Positions 1 to 12,007 of a stretch of DNA of 35,439 nucleotides are shown here, piece after piece. A program made the position numbers and the translations under genes. Every line of letters starts with the position of its first letter. The first letter of the stretch is position 1. Origin of the DNA: Phoronis australis. Lineage: Eukaryota > Animalia > Phoronida. The stretch covers positions 276,179-311,617 of the forward strand of contig NMRA01000324.1 of NCBI GenBank assembly GCA_002633005.1, written 5' to 3'. The notes below the pieces were generated by a model. The model saw only the letters and a program-made list of their open reading frames with translations. It searched no databases and was not told where the DNA came from.

Positions 1-227
1 GTTTTGCACTAAATCAGTACTGGTTAAACGGTCGTCCTTTTATGGTTTGTATCTATATAAATGTTCAGGAAACATTCGGGCAACATTTTTATGAGATGAT
101 GGGTTTTGCAAGAGTAAATAATTATTTTTTGTTGGAAAATAATGGGAAAATTTTCGAACCAAAATTTAAAAAATATCTCACTACATTCAAATTTTAAAAA
201 CTTGAAAACGTAAATTTTCATCACATA

Positions 228-752
228 GAAACCTTACAGTTTTTAGAAAATTCAAGTTTTCCACACATGAAAGAATCCAGTTTTTTGAAAAACTTAAGAA
301 GTCAGGAAAACTTAAGTTTCTATAATTGGAAAAACTAAAGTTTTCGAAAAACTTAAGAAGTCAGGAAAACTTAAGTTTTTAAAATTACAAAAACTTAAGT
401 TTTGTGATAAACTTAAGTTATCAGAAAAACTTAAGTTTTGTTAGTTCAAAAAACTTAAGTTTTCATGAAAACTTAAGTTATTACTTGAAACTTAAGTTTA
501 TTTGTGAAAACTTAAGTTTTACACCTGAAAAAACTTAAGTTTTCTGAAAAACTTAAGTTTTCTGAAAAACTTAACATTGTGCTGAAAAACTTAAGTTTTT
601 GGCGAAAAACTTAAGTTTTAAAAACTTAAGTTTCTTTTAAAAACTTAAGTTTTTCCGAAGAACTTAAGTTTTTCCTCTAAAACTTAAGTTATGTTCCAAA
701 AACTTAAGTTTTTTCGCCAAAAACTTAAGTTTTCAGCGAAAAACTTAAGTTC
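228..752. repeat. Tandem array of the self-complementary core AAAACTTAAGTTTT (~20-bp units, ~60-bp higher-order period)
   Basis: 22 exact CTTAAG cores counted between 292 and 750. TCAG(G/A)AAAACTTAAGTTT recurs at ~302, 361 and 421. Units degenerate toward position ~170. Confidence 0.95.
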
Positions 753-1399
753 ATTTTTGTAAGGGCAGGTCAGCTTTTTGTGTACTCTCAGTGTTCATCT
801 GGTCCCTCTGCAAACTATTCCAGTGTATATTTTCACCACTGTGCACAGGATGTTTTGGTTTCGTGAAACTGTTTTCAGATGATTTGTTTCCTGATAGATT
901 TGACGTTTTTCAATTGTTGTCAACGTGATTCAGTTTAATAAAGTGATACCTGATTATTTATTGTCGCTTTTAATAATAGACTAAGAGTTGAGAGCACCAT
1001 CGTTCGCCAGTTTTTCTCGTAACGAGACAGAACACATGTTTATTTCCGGACTAACAGTGCAGGTATTCGTTCTTAAACAACTTGAGGCTGCTGTTACGCG
1101 ATCATCTGATATTCAAGTTTTTACGCCCCGTCGGTGCTCCTTAATTATGCTCTTGAATATTTGGAAATTGTCTAAACCCCTGTATACACGCCGCACTTTT
1201 TCGTATACGACTTTTCGTATGCTAAAAAAGGTGTGTGTAAGCAGATGTTCCAACAAAAATTTTTGCTGGTGGCGTGACTCATACCCAGATGAGCACAATA
1301 TGGTTTCACTAAACTTATGTGCCAGGTTAATGTGACGAAATCAAGAAGGGTTTTTAATTATCTTAAGAAAAACTCCAGAGACATGTTAAGTGCCAGAAA

Positions 1400-1570
1400 C
1401 TTACCAGGGTGCATGGAAATTTCACTACTTGGCTACAAAAACAGAAAAATATCTTACACGAGAAGGGAAAACCCCCCTCCCGACCTTCCCACGCTCGGCG
1501 CCACGCGCCTAAGATTCGACCTTGGCGGGAATCCTAAACCCCCCTTGGTGAAAACGTAGATCCGCCACTG
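1400..1570. mobile_element. Partial hAT-type MITE (one terminus only)
   Basis: Ends in ...CCCCCTTGGTGAAAACGTAGATCCGCCACTG, the reverse complement of a CAGTGGCGGATCT terminus. Same terminus type as 15241-15529. Left boundary not found. Confidence 0.5.
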
Positions 1571-3730
1571 CTCAAACGGATTTGGCCTACTAACAGAGAG
1601 AATTAACGTTTATTTCATCGAGTTCTCTAAACCAAAATGAAACTCTGCTAACTTAAGTAACCCTTATTAATTTAGAGGAAAGTTGATAACGCTTTTCATT
1701 TACTATGCTCACAAGCAACCGTGACCTACGCAGGTGACGAAACGAAGGCTATCATTTTAAGGAGCAGTAATACCGGTGTGTTTTTCGGACCTACAGCTTC
1801 ACCCTTCACCCTGGTAACTCGTTGCATGACGAAACCTAATGCAAACAGAAAGAAAAAATGAAAAGAATTTTAATATCGGACATCCAAAGCCATCTAATTC
1901 CTCTTACGAAACTAGAAAGTAACATTGGACTTCAAAGTTTTTTGAATTTACCGCATCAATTTCGATTTAAAGCGGTCGCATGCCTTTGAAAAAAATCTTC
2001 AGTACCTCTACTTAAGACAGGTTTGTATACGATGAAGTCCTCTGAATTTCGTATGTTGGCATCAAAGCGCTTGCCTCAGCTTGGAACTTTGTCATATGCG
2101 AATAGGAAAAAATATTTAATGGTTTCGTTGTTTTTCCTACCCCATTGTCATCTCATCTCGAATGTATCAGTCTAGCCTTTTACTGTGATTTCACCAACCG
2201 CAAAACACAATTCCATCTCTCAAATGCAAAAAAGCAGTGCAAGATTGCATATTTCAACATCAGCCAATCAAATAATTCGAGTGTTATTCCAAATCCAATG
2301 GCACTTGAGTCTGGTAGTCAATGTGAGGTCATGTTACGTAACTATTCCACATTGATACCTCTGAGGAGGAGTGTATCCTCTAGTACAAGCCTTTGGTGTG
2401 CCTTTTGGGATTAAGAATCAATATCAGTTTCGTATTGAACACTAGAATTCGTTTTATTGCATATCGTTTTCCCGTTACATCAGTGAAACCCATTACATTT
2501 GGCTATTTACAGTAAAAATGCTGACAATAACCAATTATATATGTACATGTATGGTTCCCTGATAAAGGTTTATTTGGTAGCTAAATGCAAACGTTTACAA
2601 ACGAAACAGCTGTTTTTGGAGACTTGCGTTACCCACATCTATTATTAGCACAGAACTTTGTCAGATACGCGAGGCTAAGGTGGGTTCAATAATACACGGT
2701 TACGACATCCGCATCTACTCCACGCCCATTACGATCACCATTCTTAAGACTCAATATGCACATGCACATAGCGAACGTCCTTGCATAGGGGTTACACAAT
2801 CACTTAATTTCCACGTGTTACAACAAACCCCCATTGGCACATGTGCAACGATAACTTCTATTCAAACTTGTTTTCAGGTTGCTAATCCGATTTGCATCGA
2901 TAAATGTTTCGAAAAATTCTCCTGACTGTGATACAACTAAAAGTTAGATGAACTGGTAAGAAAATATTTTATGGACAACGAATCACGTTGTTGCCTACAC
3001 AAGAGTTTGAATTGGTAACATACTAAGCCAGCACTACTGGACCGTCAGATCAGTTCATTTTAGTATTAGTCCAAGCAAATGAACAACCCACGTATGGCAA
3101 AATTCAACAGGTGGAAACTATACAAAATCAACTGAGAGACTAATAAAGATGTGTCAATCTGGCAACATGTTTCTGCATGCTGGATTAAGAGGCCTTGAAC
3201 CTACAAATCAGTGATCTGGCAGGCGCACGCACCGTTTTTCCCTGTCCTTTGAAAAATAAACTGAGGGTGACGAAATAGTGTTTTCTTACCATTTCACATC
3301 GTGAATTTTGATGCAGGAGCTTGTTCCCTGTTACAATAGTCTTCTCTGTGAGGTCAGAGAGGTAGGCCCGGTTATGTCAACTGTGCCGTTAGCAATACTT
3401 GCTTAAAATAATTGAGTTTTATCCAAATTCATGGCAAAGAAAACTTGCGAAAAGTTGATTAGCGTATTGTTCTGCTACTTTTTGCTAACTATTTATTCTG
3501 ACCTAACTACAACGCATTTGTGTTTTCACTTGAACCTTTTATTGATAAAACAATACTGTCTTAGATCAATCTTCGTGTAGCTTTCATTTGAAGAGTTGAT
3601 GTTCCAAGCAGACCATAAATCTTGTCTCAGGTGTTACTTATTAACGAGGATACGTGGGACAAGATGACGAACGATTGTAGTGTCAACAGTTTTCTTCGCC
3701 CCGATTGGCTGCCGTTACCCTAACTAAAAC

Positions 3731-4287
3731 CTCGCTGGTTCCCTGCGTGCCGCTAGATAGGGCGGTAGCCGCGCCAGCACGCAGGTATCACTTAAATTTC
3801 CTCTGTAAATTTTTTTACACCGGCGTTTCTGATTGGCTAGTCGAATTCTCAACAGGCAGCGCTTTGCGCAAACAAACTGGCATGACTGATGGACTGAAGT
3901 GTAAATGTGGTCTGTTGTACAGACAAATCGGTGCTTAAAATTATGTTCAGGAAATGTGAAGCCTAGAAATTGTAAGCCTTTTCGGAATACATCTTTCTAC
4001 TGTCGATGAATTTTGTTTACGATAGTGTCCTTATACAGTATGAATAACACACCGGTTAAATCGGCCACATAATATGTGTTTATTGTGCATGTATGTGCTT
4101 CAAGCACGCGGCTATTAAACATCACTTCAGAAACGACAAGGCTAAAAATCGTTCACATTCCGCCATTTTTTCACGGTGTTGTAAAGCTAACCAATGACTG
4201 CCAAGATTACATCGACCAATGCTAAAGCACGTGCCACTAGGTGATACCTGCGTGCTGGCTGGGCTAAGCACGCAGGGAACCAGCGAG
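3731..4287. mobile_element. 557-bp MITE with perfect 20-bp TIRs and a 10-bp flanking direct repeat
   Basis: CTCGCTGGTTCCCTGCGTGC (3731-3750) pairs with GCACGCAGGGAACCAGCGAG (4268-4287). A second inner inverted pair is based on GCCAGCACGCAGGTATCAC. TAACTAAAAC flanks both sides (3721-3730, 4288-4297). Confidence 0.9.
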
Positions 4288-5037
4288 TAACTAAAACCTG
4301 CGAACACGGCATTCATCAACGGAGCCGTTACGGCAAAATAAAGAGGCCTTCAATAGTACACGATTTATCACACCAAGGGAACAGAAGGTTCGACCTTACG
4401 CAGCAAAAGATCGAGATGAACACAAAAATTGCACGGATCTGGAGTTTGGGTAATATTTTCTAATTGACACAGGCGTTGCAATTAATTTTACCCTTTCGCT
4501 TCTCATTGTTTTACACGAATTTTCGAATTCCATTGTCATCGTTATTGTTATCAAAATGGTTATTCGCATTATTTAGTTGATGGTAATATTTGTACCTTTC
4601 ATTTCGTCAATCATGGTGGATGCAAAGTCCCACCAGGAAGAGCTACAAATCGATAATCAAAACCCTGCTCGTGAAATTAGAACAAGCACACGCGCGAATA
4701 TGTACTCACACACACACACCCAGATACTTTTCACAAAGTGCGCACAAACAAATACATACAGAGTAGAGACCACTTTGATCCAAGGAATGAATTATCTGAA
4801 ATTATATTGTGCAGATATTTGAGTGGCCACACAATTCAAACGTTCCCCAATATACATGTGAATTTTCTCAAATAATATTTCAAATAATGTGGCCAAACTG
4901 TGAAAATGTGTAGTGTAGATACGTATCTGATATTAATCCGATACATGTGCATTGTCATCCCCTGAGGTAGGCGAGAATAAGAATGCCTATTTATGAGACT
5001 CGAGAATAACAATGCCTAACTTATCTACCTTTTTCAG

Positions 5038-5076
5038 AACCAATCATCTTCATGGCCCTGTTGTTGACAGTCGATG
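5038..5076 (+). CDS. Candidate signal-peptide micro-exon of the + strand WSC gene (xPIIFMALLLTVD-G)
   Basis: Strong acceptor (ctacctttttcag) and donor (G|GTGAGC). 39 nt, phase 1-1, hydrophobic peptide. Splices in frame to the 10198 exon, giving ...LLLTVDG-FLRP. The start-codon exon was not identified. Confidence 0.6.
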
Positions 5077-5669
5077 GTGAGCAATTAGTGTGACTTTAAA
5101 CTAGAGTGCATTGTTATGTGGGGAGCCTATACCATGCAAAGACCTAGATACGCCGTAAAATGTAACAATTTCGTAAAATGTAACAACTGTTACATTTTAA
5201 GTTGACTGGCTTCTCCTAAAATGTAACAAGTTGTTACATTTTACGTACATGTAGCTGTTACATTTCACGTTGGACGCACATGCGAGAAATGTACCATTGT
5301 TACATTTTACGAAACCCACGTCATATTGCAAAGAAAATGACCAAAATCACGAACAAGTGGTATCTGACACGACCGGGGTTACTGGACAATTTTTAGACGA
5401 GGAATGGCGCCCGAAATATTTGAATATCTACCCATTTAGAGAGTGGGATCGTACAAAAAGTGACCAATTTAGAGTCTGATTTGTGTAAAACCTCTTATCT
5501 TCGAACACTTTTGTTCAGGAAAGGCACCTTGTAGTTTTGTGGAAAGTGACACCATTTTGCAGAGTATTTTTTCTGTGAAAAAAACACCCTTTTGGGTGTC
5601 ACTTTTAGTATATATCTTCTATAAGAATGCTCTGTGGGCTGACACGACATGACTTTGGCTACCTTTTTT

Positions 5670-5765
5670 AGTATTACATTACTATAACTACTGTTACTAC
5701 TATTAATACTATTACTACTGTGACTACTATTGATACTTTTACCACTGTCACTACTATTACTCGTT
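5670..5765. repeat. Degenerate (TAC/TAT)n low-complexity tract
   Basis: Visible repeated ACT/ATT triplets. Confidence 0.7.
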
Positions 5766-6772
5766 ATCGTTTTCGTTATAATTATGATTATTATTTCTTA
5801 ATTTATTTAACGAGGACACAATACATGTTTAGCAAAGTGCTAATACATTATGGACATCAAATATTTTAAAATCATCTCATCTATTGTTCACTGTTGTCAT
5901 CGGGCTTCCCATAGTGGACAGCGACTGCTGTTCCAATAGGATTTTAAAGGGACTCCTAAGTTCAGCTTTAACAATATTGTGAGAGGAACGTCTTGACAGC
6001 CGTGGATGTAAAGAACGCCTACTTTTTGGAAACGAGGAGGTTGAGAATTAAAATCTTGTTTAGACGAGCACCAAATTAAAAAAATTGATCATTTCTGATC
6101 TATCGGCAAGCACTGCGTTATTTGTAAATATAACTATGTCCAGCTGTCGTTTACCACGAAGAACTGATCTCAGACCGCAAAATTATCTCTTGTTGAAAAC
6201 ATTCCTTGTCAAAAACCTGATGTGTAAGTTCAAAATTGAACTCTGTAGGCAGACAATTGTCGAGAACTAACGACTAGTCAGCTGCGGTCACCGGGTCATT
6301 AGAATAGCGTGTAACGGAAATATAAGACACTCAACAATTTTATGTGAAATGGGCCCCAATATTCACAGTGATTTAACAGAATGATTTAAACTAGGTCTCA
6401 TTGAAAGTAGTTTGTATGGAACAAAAACCGCCGATGTCGAAGTTTAATAATTTAATATGAGCATTGAGTGTAATACATCAAAAAGATTAAAATACAATAC
6501 ATCAAGAGGATTGACTTACCGAATTCCCTTATCTGCGAGTTGAAACTCAAAAATGGCGCCTCTTGAAACACGTGATTTCACGTCCATTAATAATAGAATG
6601 TCCAATATTTATCTTTATTTATATGTACTTCGAACTAACCAATGGCCAAATACCAGGGTTAATTCATATTTTAGCTTACAAGGTAATAGAAAGAGAAAAT
6701 ACATGTTTTTGTAGACCGAAGTTCAGTCAGCTTTTTGGACTATTTTTTCTTTAAGGTATAGATCTAGACCAG

Positions 6773-8142
6773 GGCCCGGTCTTCATTTTCCGTACTCAAA
6801 CTCGAATCATGCTCAAACTCACACTTCATACTCAAGTCGAGTACAGACTCAGCTTTGGTGTATTCAATGTCATACTCGAAAAATCTGTACTCGAAATTTC
6901 GAGCACGTACTCAGTTTTCGAATGTACTCGAACTGAAGTGTATCTCATTTATATTTTGAGTACGATTTTGAGTAAAATTTCGGAGTCTATGCTCAAATTT
7001 CAAGTTTGGTATGGCAGTGTGCTTCAAATCGTACTCGAAAATAGATACAAGCCAGAGAACAAAATATCGAAAGGGAACCAAGAAACACAGCAAATCAAAA
7101 AAAAAAACAAGTCCTCTTACCGTATCTCAGCACTAATAGTTTCATCTTAAATCGTCTTATTCTTCACCTTATTAACCCGCCGTATCACTGTATGTTATGG
7201 CCGCAATTTTACCTCTACAATTCCTGGCAACAGGCGCATTGTAATCCCTTGTCGGCGAGTCATAACAAGCGTCAAAAGCAGTTGTGGGAAAAGTCGTGTG
7301 AGAAGTTTGTGCTGCCTTTATTTTGGTATGTGTGCCTACGTCTTGTAGGGTTTCCAAAAGACGAGGAGAGGAGGGAAGTTCAAAAAAGTTCGCTTCCCTG
7401 TCAGGTACATTTCTCATCATAACTTAGTCATCTATAATTCCTCAATGCCCAAGTGGAATTCCAGATTTTGTTTGCCGATTTCTAAGTAGACGTCTCGTCC
7501 CGTTCACTGCCACTGGTGAACTCTGAATGCCTGCGCAAGTATTGTTTTTTAACTTACGTGCCAAATGTCAACTCACTTGATACAACCCGGTAAAATACAA
7601 TGATACAGCATCAAAGTTTGACATCAGCGTAGGTCTACACAGCAATGGGTTTTATGTCAAGACTAAATTAGCAACAGAGATGTGATGTGATAAGCTGTTA
7701 CATATTTCTTATGCCATTTTCGGGACTGGATGAGGAATTCAAGAAGTAAAGCTTAATAATTGCCAAATGAATCAAAGAAATGGCATAAGAATACTTATTG
7801 AAACTAAAAAATGAATAACAGTTACAGAACACTCAGAATTGAATGTTATAGACATACTCTTGTAGTTGTAGCGAAAACAGACGATAATGTAGGCCTAGTT
7901 CTTGGGGTGGTCTATTCCAATAGGGAGCGATGAATCAACGCGGCTTTGCGTGATTTTGCATTTCACATCATAAAGAGTTCCATAGCAACTCGAGTATAAG
8001 TGTCAGATTTGAGTACGTTTGGAGTCAACTCGAAATACGACATTGGAAACGCTTTTTTGAGTACGACTCCAGTGAGGACGATTTTGAATATGAAATCTCG
8101 AGTATGAGTATGAGTCTGAGTACGCAGATTGGAGACCGGGCC
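6773..8142. mobile_element. PIF/Harbinger-type non-autonomous element
   Basis: TIRs GGCCCGGTCTTCATTTTCCGTACTCA and TGAGTACGCAGATTGGAGACCGGGCC. 3-bp CAG duplication at 6770-6772 and 8143-8145. Subterminal TACTC(A/G) repeats in both arms. Confidence 0.85.
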
Positions 8143-9419
8143 CAGGTTTGAGCAAATTTATCATTTCTCTTCACAGTGCTAGGCATCCCCTTTTTACGTT
8201 TACACGTCACAGTTTGACCTGTAGTTACCACCACTATTTCAGACAGGTGTGAGGTCACAGGAACAATGATATTTCTTTCGTCACTATGCCGCCACTTTTT
8301 TGAACTAATGGCTTGCCCTGTGCAAAGGCGATATTTTGCTGTTGCTTTGGCAGAGTCAACCTGCCGGCAAATACATGGGTGCTTTATCTCCTACCACTAC
8401 AATGTCTTTAAGAAACCGTCATTCATAAGTAAGGTGGTTGACAGCACCCGTCGGCATCAGAAACTGCTTTTGTGTGAAACAGGTCAGTTATTGCATAGCG
8501 ATGTCTCCAAGGCAATAAAACATTGGCCGGAATAAACCAAAGTTGGGTGGACTAAAACTGGTGCTTTTTCTATCAAATTAGCTTTCGAAATTTAACTCTC
8601 TATGACAAATGTTATTATCATTCGTTCCCGAAGAAATGCGATAAATATTTGCCAAATACGGCGTCATTGTTGTTCTTACAAAGTACATGTAAAGTGTGTT
8701 TAGTATAATATCGGATAAAAATCGGTTTATTAGCATTAACAAAAAATGCAAGAACGCTTTAACGATAAAAAAAAACTTGTTTACCTGATCCTGGAAACTC
8801 CTTTCGAGTGGAGTTGAAACTGTACGCTGTACATTTTCACTATACCATTACACTACTCGTGTTAAAAACATGGAAAGTACATAGGGACACATCTATAATG
8901 TCGACCTGGTACATTTGATATAATTTCATTCACAAAATCCGAGAAAGAAGTCGTTAAGTGTATTAACGGTTTTTCTCCGTGTGACAAATATCTTGAATAC
9001 TCATAAAATATGACGTCCCTTTCGTAAAATGTAACAATAGTACACTTCTCGCATGTGCATCCGACGTGAAATGTAACAACTATGTAAAACGTTACATTTA
9101 AAGAGAGGCCTAGCAACATAAAATGTAACAATGACATAAAATGTTACAACTGTTACATTTTATGTCATTGTTACGAAATTGTTACATTTTACGGTGTATG
9201 TGCCTCACAAAGTCATGTTGTTATAAGTTTACTTCGCCCATAGAGGGAGTTTGATCTTTTAATCAGTATGAGGCAATTCACCGAAAATTTTTCAATGTAT
9301 GAAACTCCTTTAGGAGCTACACCGTCTCAGCTTGGGCCAACTAAAGGCGGTGGTCACTGTCTAATCCACTGAATAATAGGCATATTATTCAGTTGTCACA
9401 TTCAACAATTTTATTTCAC

Positions 9420-9545
9420 CATGTCCTTTTCCAATTGTTCGTTTGCCATTTTCCCTAGTATAAAGTGACCAGCAACACGTGTATTCGCCTGATCAAGTCC
9501 AGACATTTGCTGTCACTGGTGTGTTCCATCTGGAAAACACCAACA
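9420..9545 (-). pseudogene. Highly decayed THAP-domain fragment
   Basis: Across frames the minus strand reads FP...K(C/W)LDLIRR and NTRVAGHFILGK, resembling THAP FP..W..I.R...RVC..HF..GK. Key residues are mutated. Confidence 0.35.
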
Positions 9546-10197
9546 GTCCGGCTCCGTTCTCAAAACCAGGAACCATAACATTTGACTTGTTTTCAAAGTC
9601 GTTATGAGTGAAAGACTGAACTCTGAAGTCGAAGTCCAAACGAACACAGTAACAGCGAGGTGTCGAAAATCACCAATCTACCTTCAGACACAACTAACTC
9701 ACTTTTTACAGATGTAAAACCGTACAAGCGTACATATCTGGTCTAGGTTAGATTCCCTGTTAGGGGAGTGATCTGAGTCGGCATTTACAAGAGTTGTTCT
9801 GTAGCACTTAGTGTACATTGATTCGATAGGCCTACTGCCTCAATCAGAATTAGCGAACCACCATGTTTACAAAAGCACCTCCTACCGAGCAAAATGACAG
9901 AAGTGAAATACTTTCGCGCAGGCTAATATACTCCATATTAGTAGGATAATACACGCAGTGTTGGCTAACGTAGTAAACAGGGCGGGGGTAGCTTGTGGCA
10001 GGTCAATTGGCAAGATGGCGGAGTGAACCATCCTACTGTACTACATAGCTTGATGAAACTGAATGCTAGCAAAGTATTAACGTCACAACCCCCGCACTTT
10101 TGCCTTTAACTGCGTCCTTCCATTTCTTTCAACCTCTCTCTCTCTTGCACTGGTAATATTCTATGTCACATTCTACAAGGTGTTTCTGTATTCGTAG

Positions 10198-10510
10198 GCT
10201 TTTTGAGACCTCTGCCACACAACATCTTGCCGGCTTGCTTCGCAGACGCATCATTCGAGAGGGATTTGCCTGAAGAAATTTATGTTGGTAAAAAAAAACA
10301 CACAGGAATATTGTTTACGTTTATGTGGAGATAAAAAGTACAAGTACGCAGCTGTGCAAAATGGTAACAGCTGTTGGTGCGGCAATACGTATGGGATGTT
10401 TGGAAGGGTTGAAAACTACGAATGCAGAGCCACAAGGTGTCCAGGGAGATTGGAGGAATACTGCGGTGGCTATATGAGAAGCTATGTAATGGAAACAAAC
10501 AAAACGCATG
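10198..10510 (+). CDS. WSC-domain exon 1 of + strand gene (contains +1 frameshift in A9 run at 10290-10298)
   Basis: Acceptor ttcgtag, donor CATG|GTATGT, both phase 1. Reads GFLRPLPHNILPACFADASFERDLPEEIYVGKK / NTQEYCLRLCGDKKYKYAAVQNGNSCWCGNTY...ECRATRCPGRLEEYCGGYMRSYVMET. Shows the 8-Cys WSC pattern. Length 313 = 3n+1. Confidence 0.9.
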
Positions 10511-11711
10511 GTATGTATACATGTATGTATTGTTCTGCCCATCACTGGGCCTACAGTAGAAAAGTCAGTGCTGGGTAGGTGATTTTCTATAAATGCTAGA
10601 AATTTTGGTATGGTATTTTAGGATTTTCTTTTCCAATTTTATATATGTGCTAAAAATAAACCCCAAAAGAGTAGAAATTGGTAAAATTATGTGGTGTCAC
10701 TCAGTGGTATTCCGTCATTCCCCGTAGCGTTGATCTTGATCAACCTCGAGCCAGAATGCTTACGAAAACAACTGAACATTGCTCGATACTTCCTTCCATT
10801 TTGAAAATTTGCACATGCAGAGGATGCACCAACACCAATAGAGCATGCAGCATTTCAGTTCCTGGGTTCCCATCATATCCTATTATGACAGGTTCAGTAG
10901 TCATACACTTTATAGGGGAATTTAAGTGAATATGTTTAATTTATCTCCCTGATCTAGTTCTTTTGTTAACTGCCAAGCACATTCTTTTGCCTGTTACATG
11001 TATAGCAGCAGGCAAGCCGATTATCTACCATGCTTATTATAGTACATACGTGAACAAAGTCAAACCCAGAGCGAAGTGGTACGTAAGCAAAGAATGGATT
11101 GTCCTAACTTCGGTTGTAGTTGGGGGATTTTGGCGAATCAAAAACTAAACATGACAAGGAATTCACGCCCAGAGTAAATACGATGTCACTTATTCACAAT
11201 ATGGCACAGCAATATGTGATGTGCAGTAGAGGCCCTTTCAGCCACGCCACTGAAATATAAGCCAATCAGCTCTCGCTGTCACGGTTTCAGTCTCTTGGCA
11301 ACAAAAATGAATGAGGTATTCTTTATCGTGCAGCTCCAGCAACTGTGTATGTTAGAACTGGTAACCTAGCTGCTTCGCTAGTTTAGTACAGTCCACTATT
11401 AAAAGCATCGTAATGTGTACAGTAGTTACTTTTTCACACAGAGCCTTTGTTAAGTATTTCAATGCTCAAAGTTCCACAGCATTATAAAGCTACTGAAAAA
11501 AAACATTGTGAAACTTTGTGTATGATTATTTTTGATAAACTGGATACTGCATTTTTTCCGGTAGACTTATTATACACCCGTCAAAACGTTAAGTAAGAGC
11601 AAGGTCCAATAGAACGACGCCTACGGGCGGTATTGGTTGATTGTATATACAGCAGCCGTACCAAATTGGCTGACAAACCATTTGATTGTGGATATTGTTT
11701 ACTTTTGCCAG

Positions 11712-12007
11712 AATTTGAAGGACTTGTCGACAGGTGTTGGACAGCCGATGAAGAAAGCGGATCCTGGGATATGCAGTACATATCAATTTTCAATACCCAC
11801 ACGTTGTGTAAATGGGTTTGCTCCCACACGAAATTGGCTGCGGTGCAAAATGGCAAGGAATGTTGGTGTTCTCCTCGTTTTGCTTATAACAAACCAGCAA
11901 ATCTAAGAGAATGTAACGTACGCTGTCCGGGAGACTCTAGTCAAAACTGCGGTGGCTTGCGAACGCTATACGTTATGTATGCTCACCATCATGATGAAAG
12001 GGTCTGA
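11712..12007 (+). CDS. WSC-domain exon 2 (probable terminal exon) of + strand gene
   Basis: Phase-1 acceptor ttacttttgccag. Reads EFEGLVDRCWT...LCKWVC...AAVQNGKECWCS...ECNVRCPGDSSQNCGGLRTLYVM, then TGA at 12005-12007. Confidence 0.9.

Larger units (their letters stand above)
5151..9196. mobile_element. ~4-kb non-autonomous TIR element (or two inverted MITE halves) with ~180-bp TIRs built from AAAATGTAACA/TGTTACATTTT units, intronic
   Basis: 5151-5327 is the reverse complement of ~9008-9196 (CGCCGTAAAATGTAACAATTTCGTAA... vs ...TTACGAAATTGTTACATTTTACGGTG). TA lies on both flanks (5149-5150, 9197-9198). Confidence 0.75.

Noticed and set aside
228-752. CRISPR-like array (palindromic repeats with variable spacers)
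   Set aside because: Spacers are only ~3-8 nt, repeats are degenerate, no cas genes are present and the context is spliced eukaryotic DNA.
2878-2955. Possible first exon ending ATG AAC TG|GTAAG for the + strand WSC gene
   Set aside because: Splice signals are good, but joining to 5038 creates TGA (phase 2 vs phase 1). It could be a UTR exon but cannot be supported as coding.
988-4822. Short ORFs in the track (e.g. 988-1335, 2145-2414, 4577-4822)
   Set aside because: No recognisable domains, many non-ATG starts, and lengths expected by chance.
5374-5640. Small MITE-like insert with ACCCATTTAGAG-type internal repeats
   Set aside because: Termini too degraded to define TIRs or a TSD.
7172-7422. 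Myb/SANT-like ORF inside the Harbinger-type element
   Set aside because: The diagnostic Trp pattern is not recognisable in any frame.
11565-11711. Longer 5' extension or micro-exon for WSC exon 2 (acceptor at 11564)
   Set aside because: In-frame TAA at 11594-11596, and the 28-nt micro-exon would break phase. The 11711 acceptor fits better.
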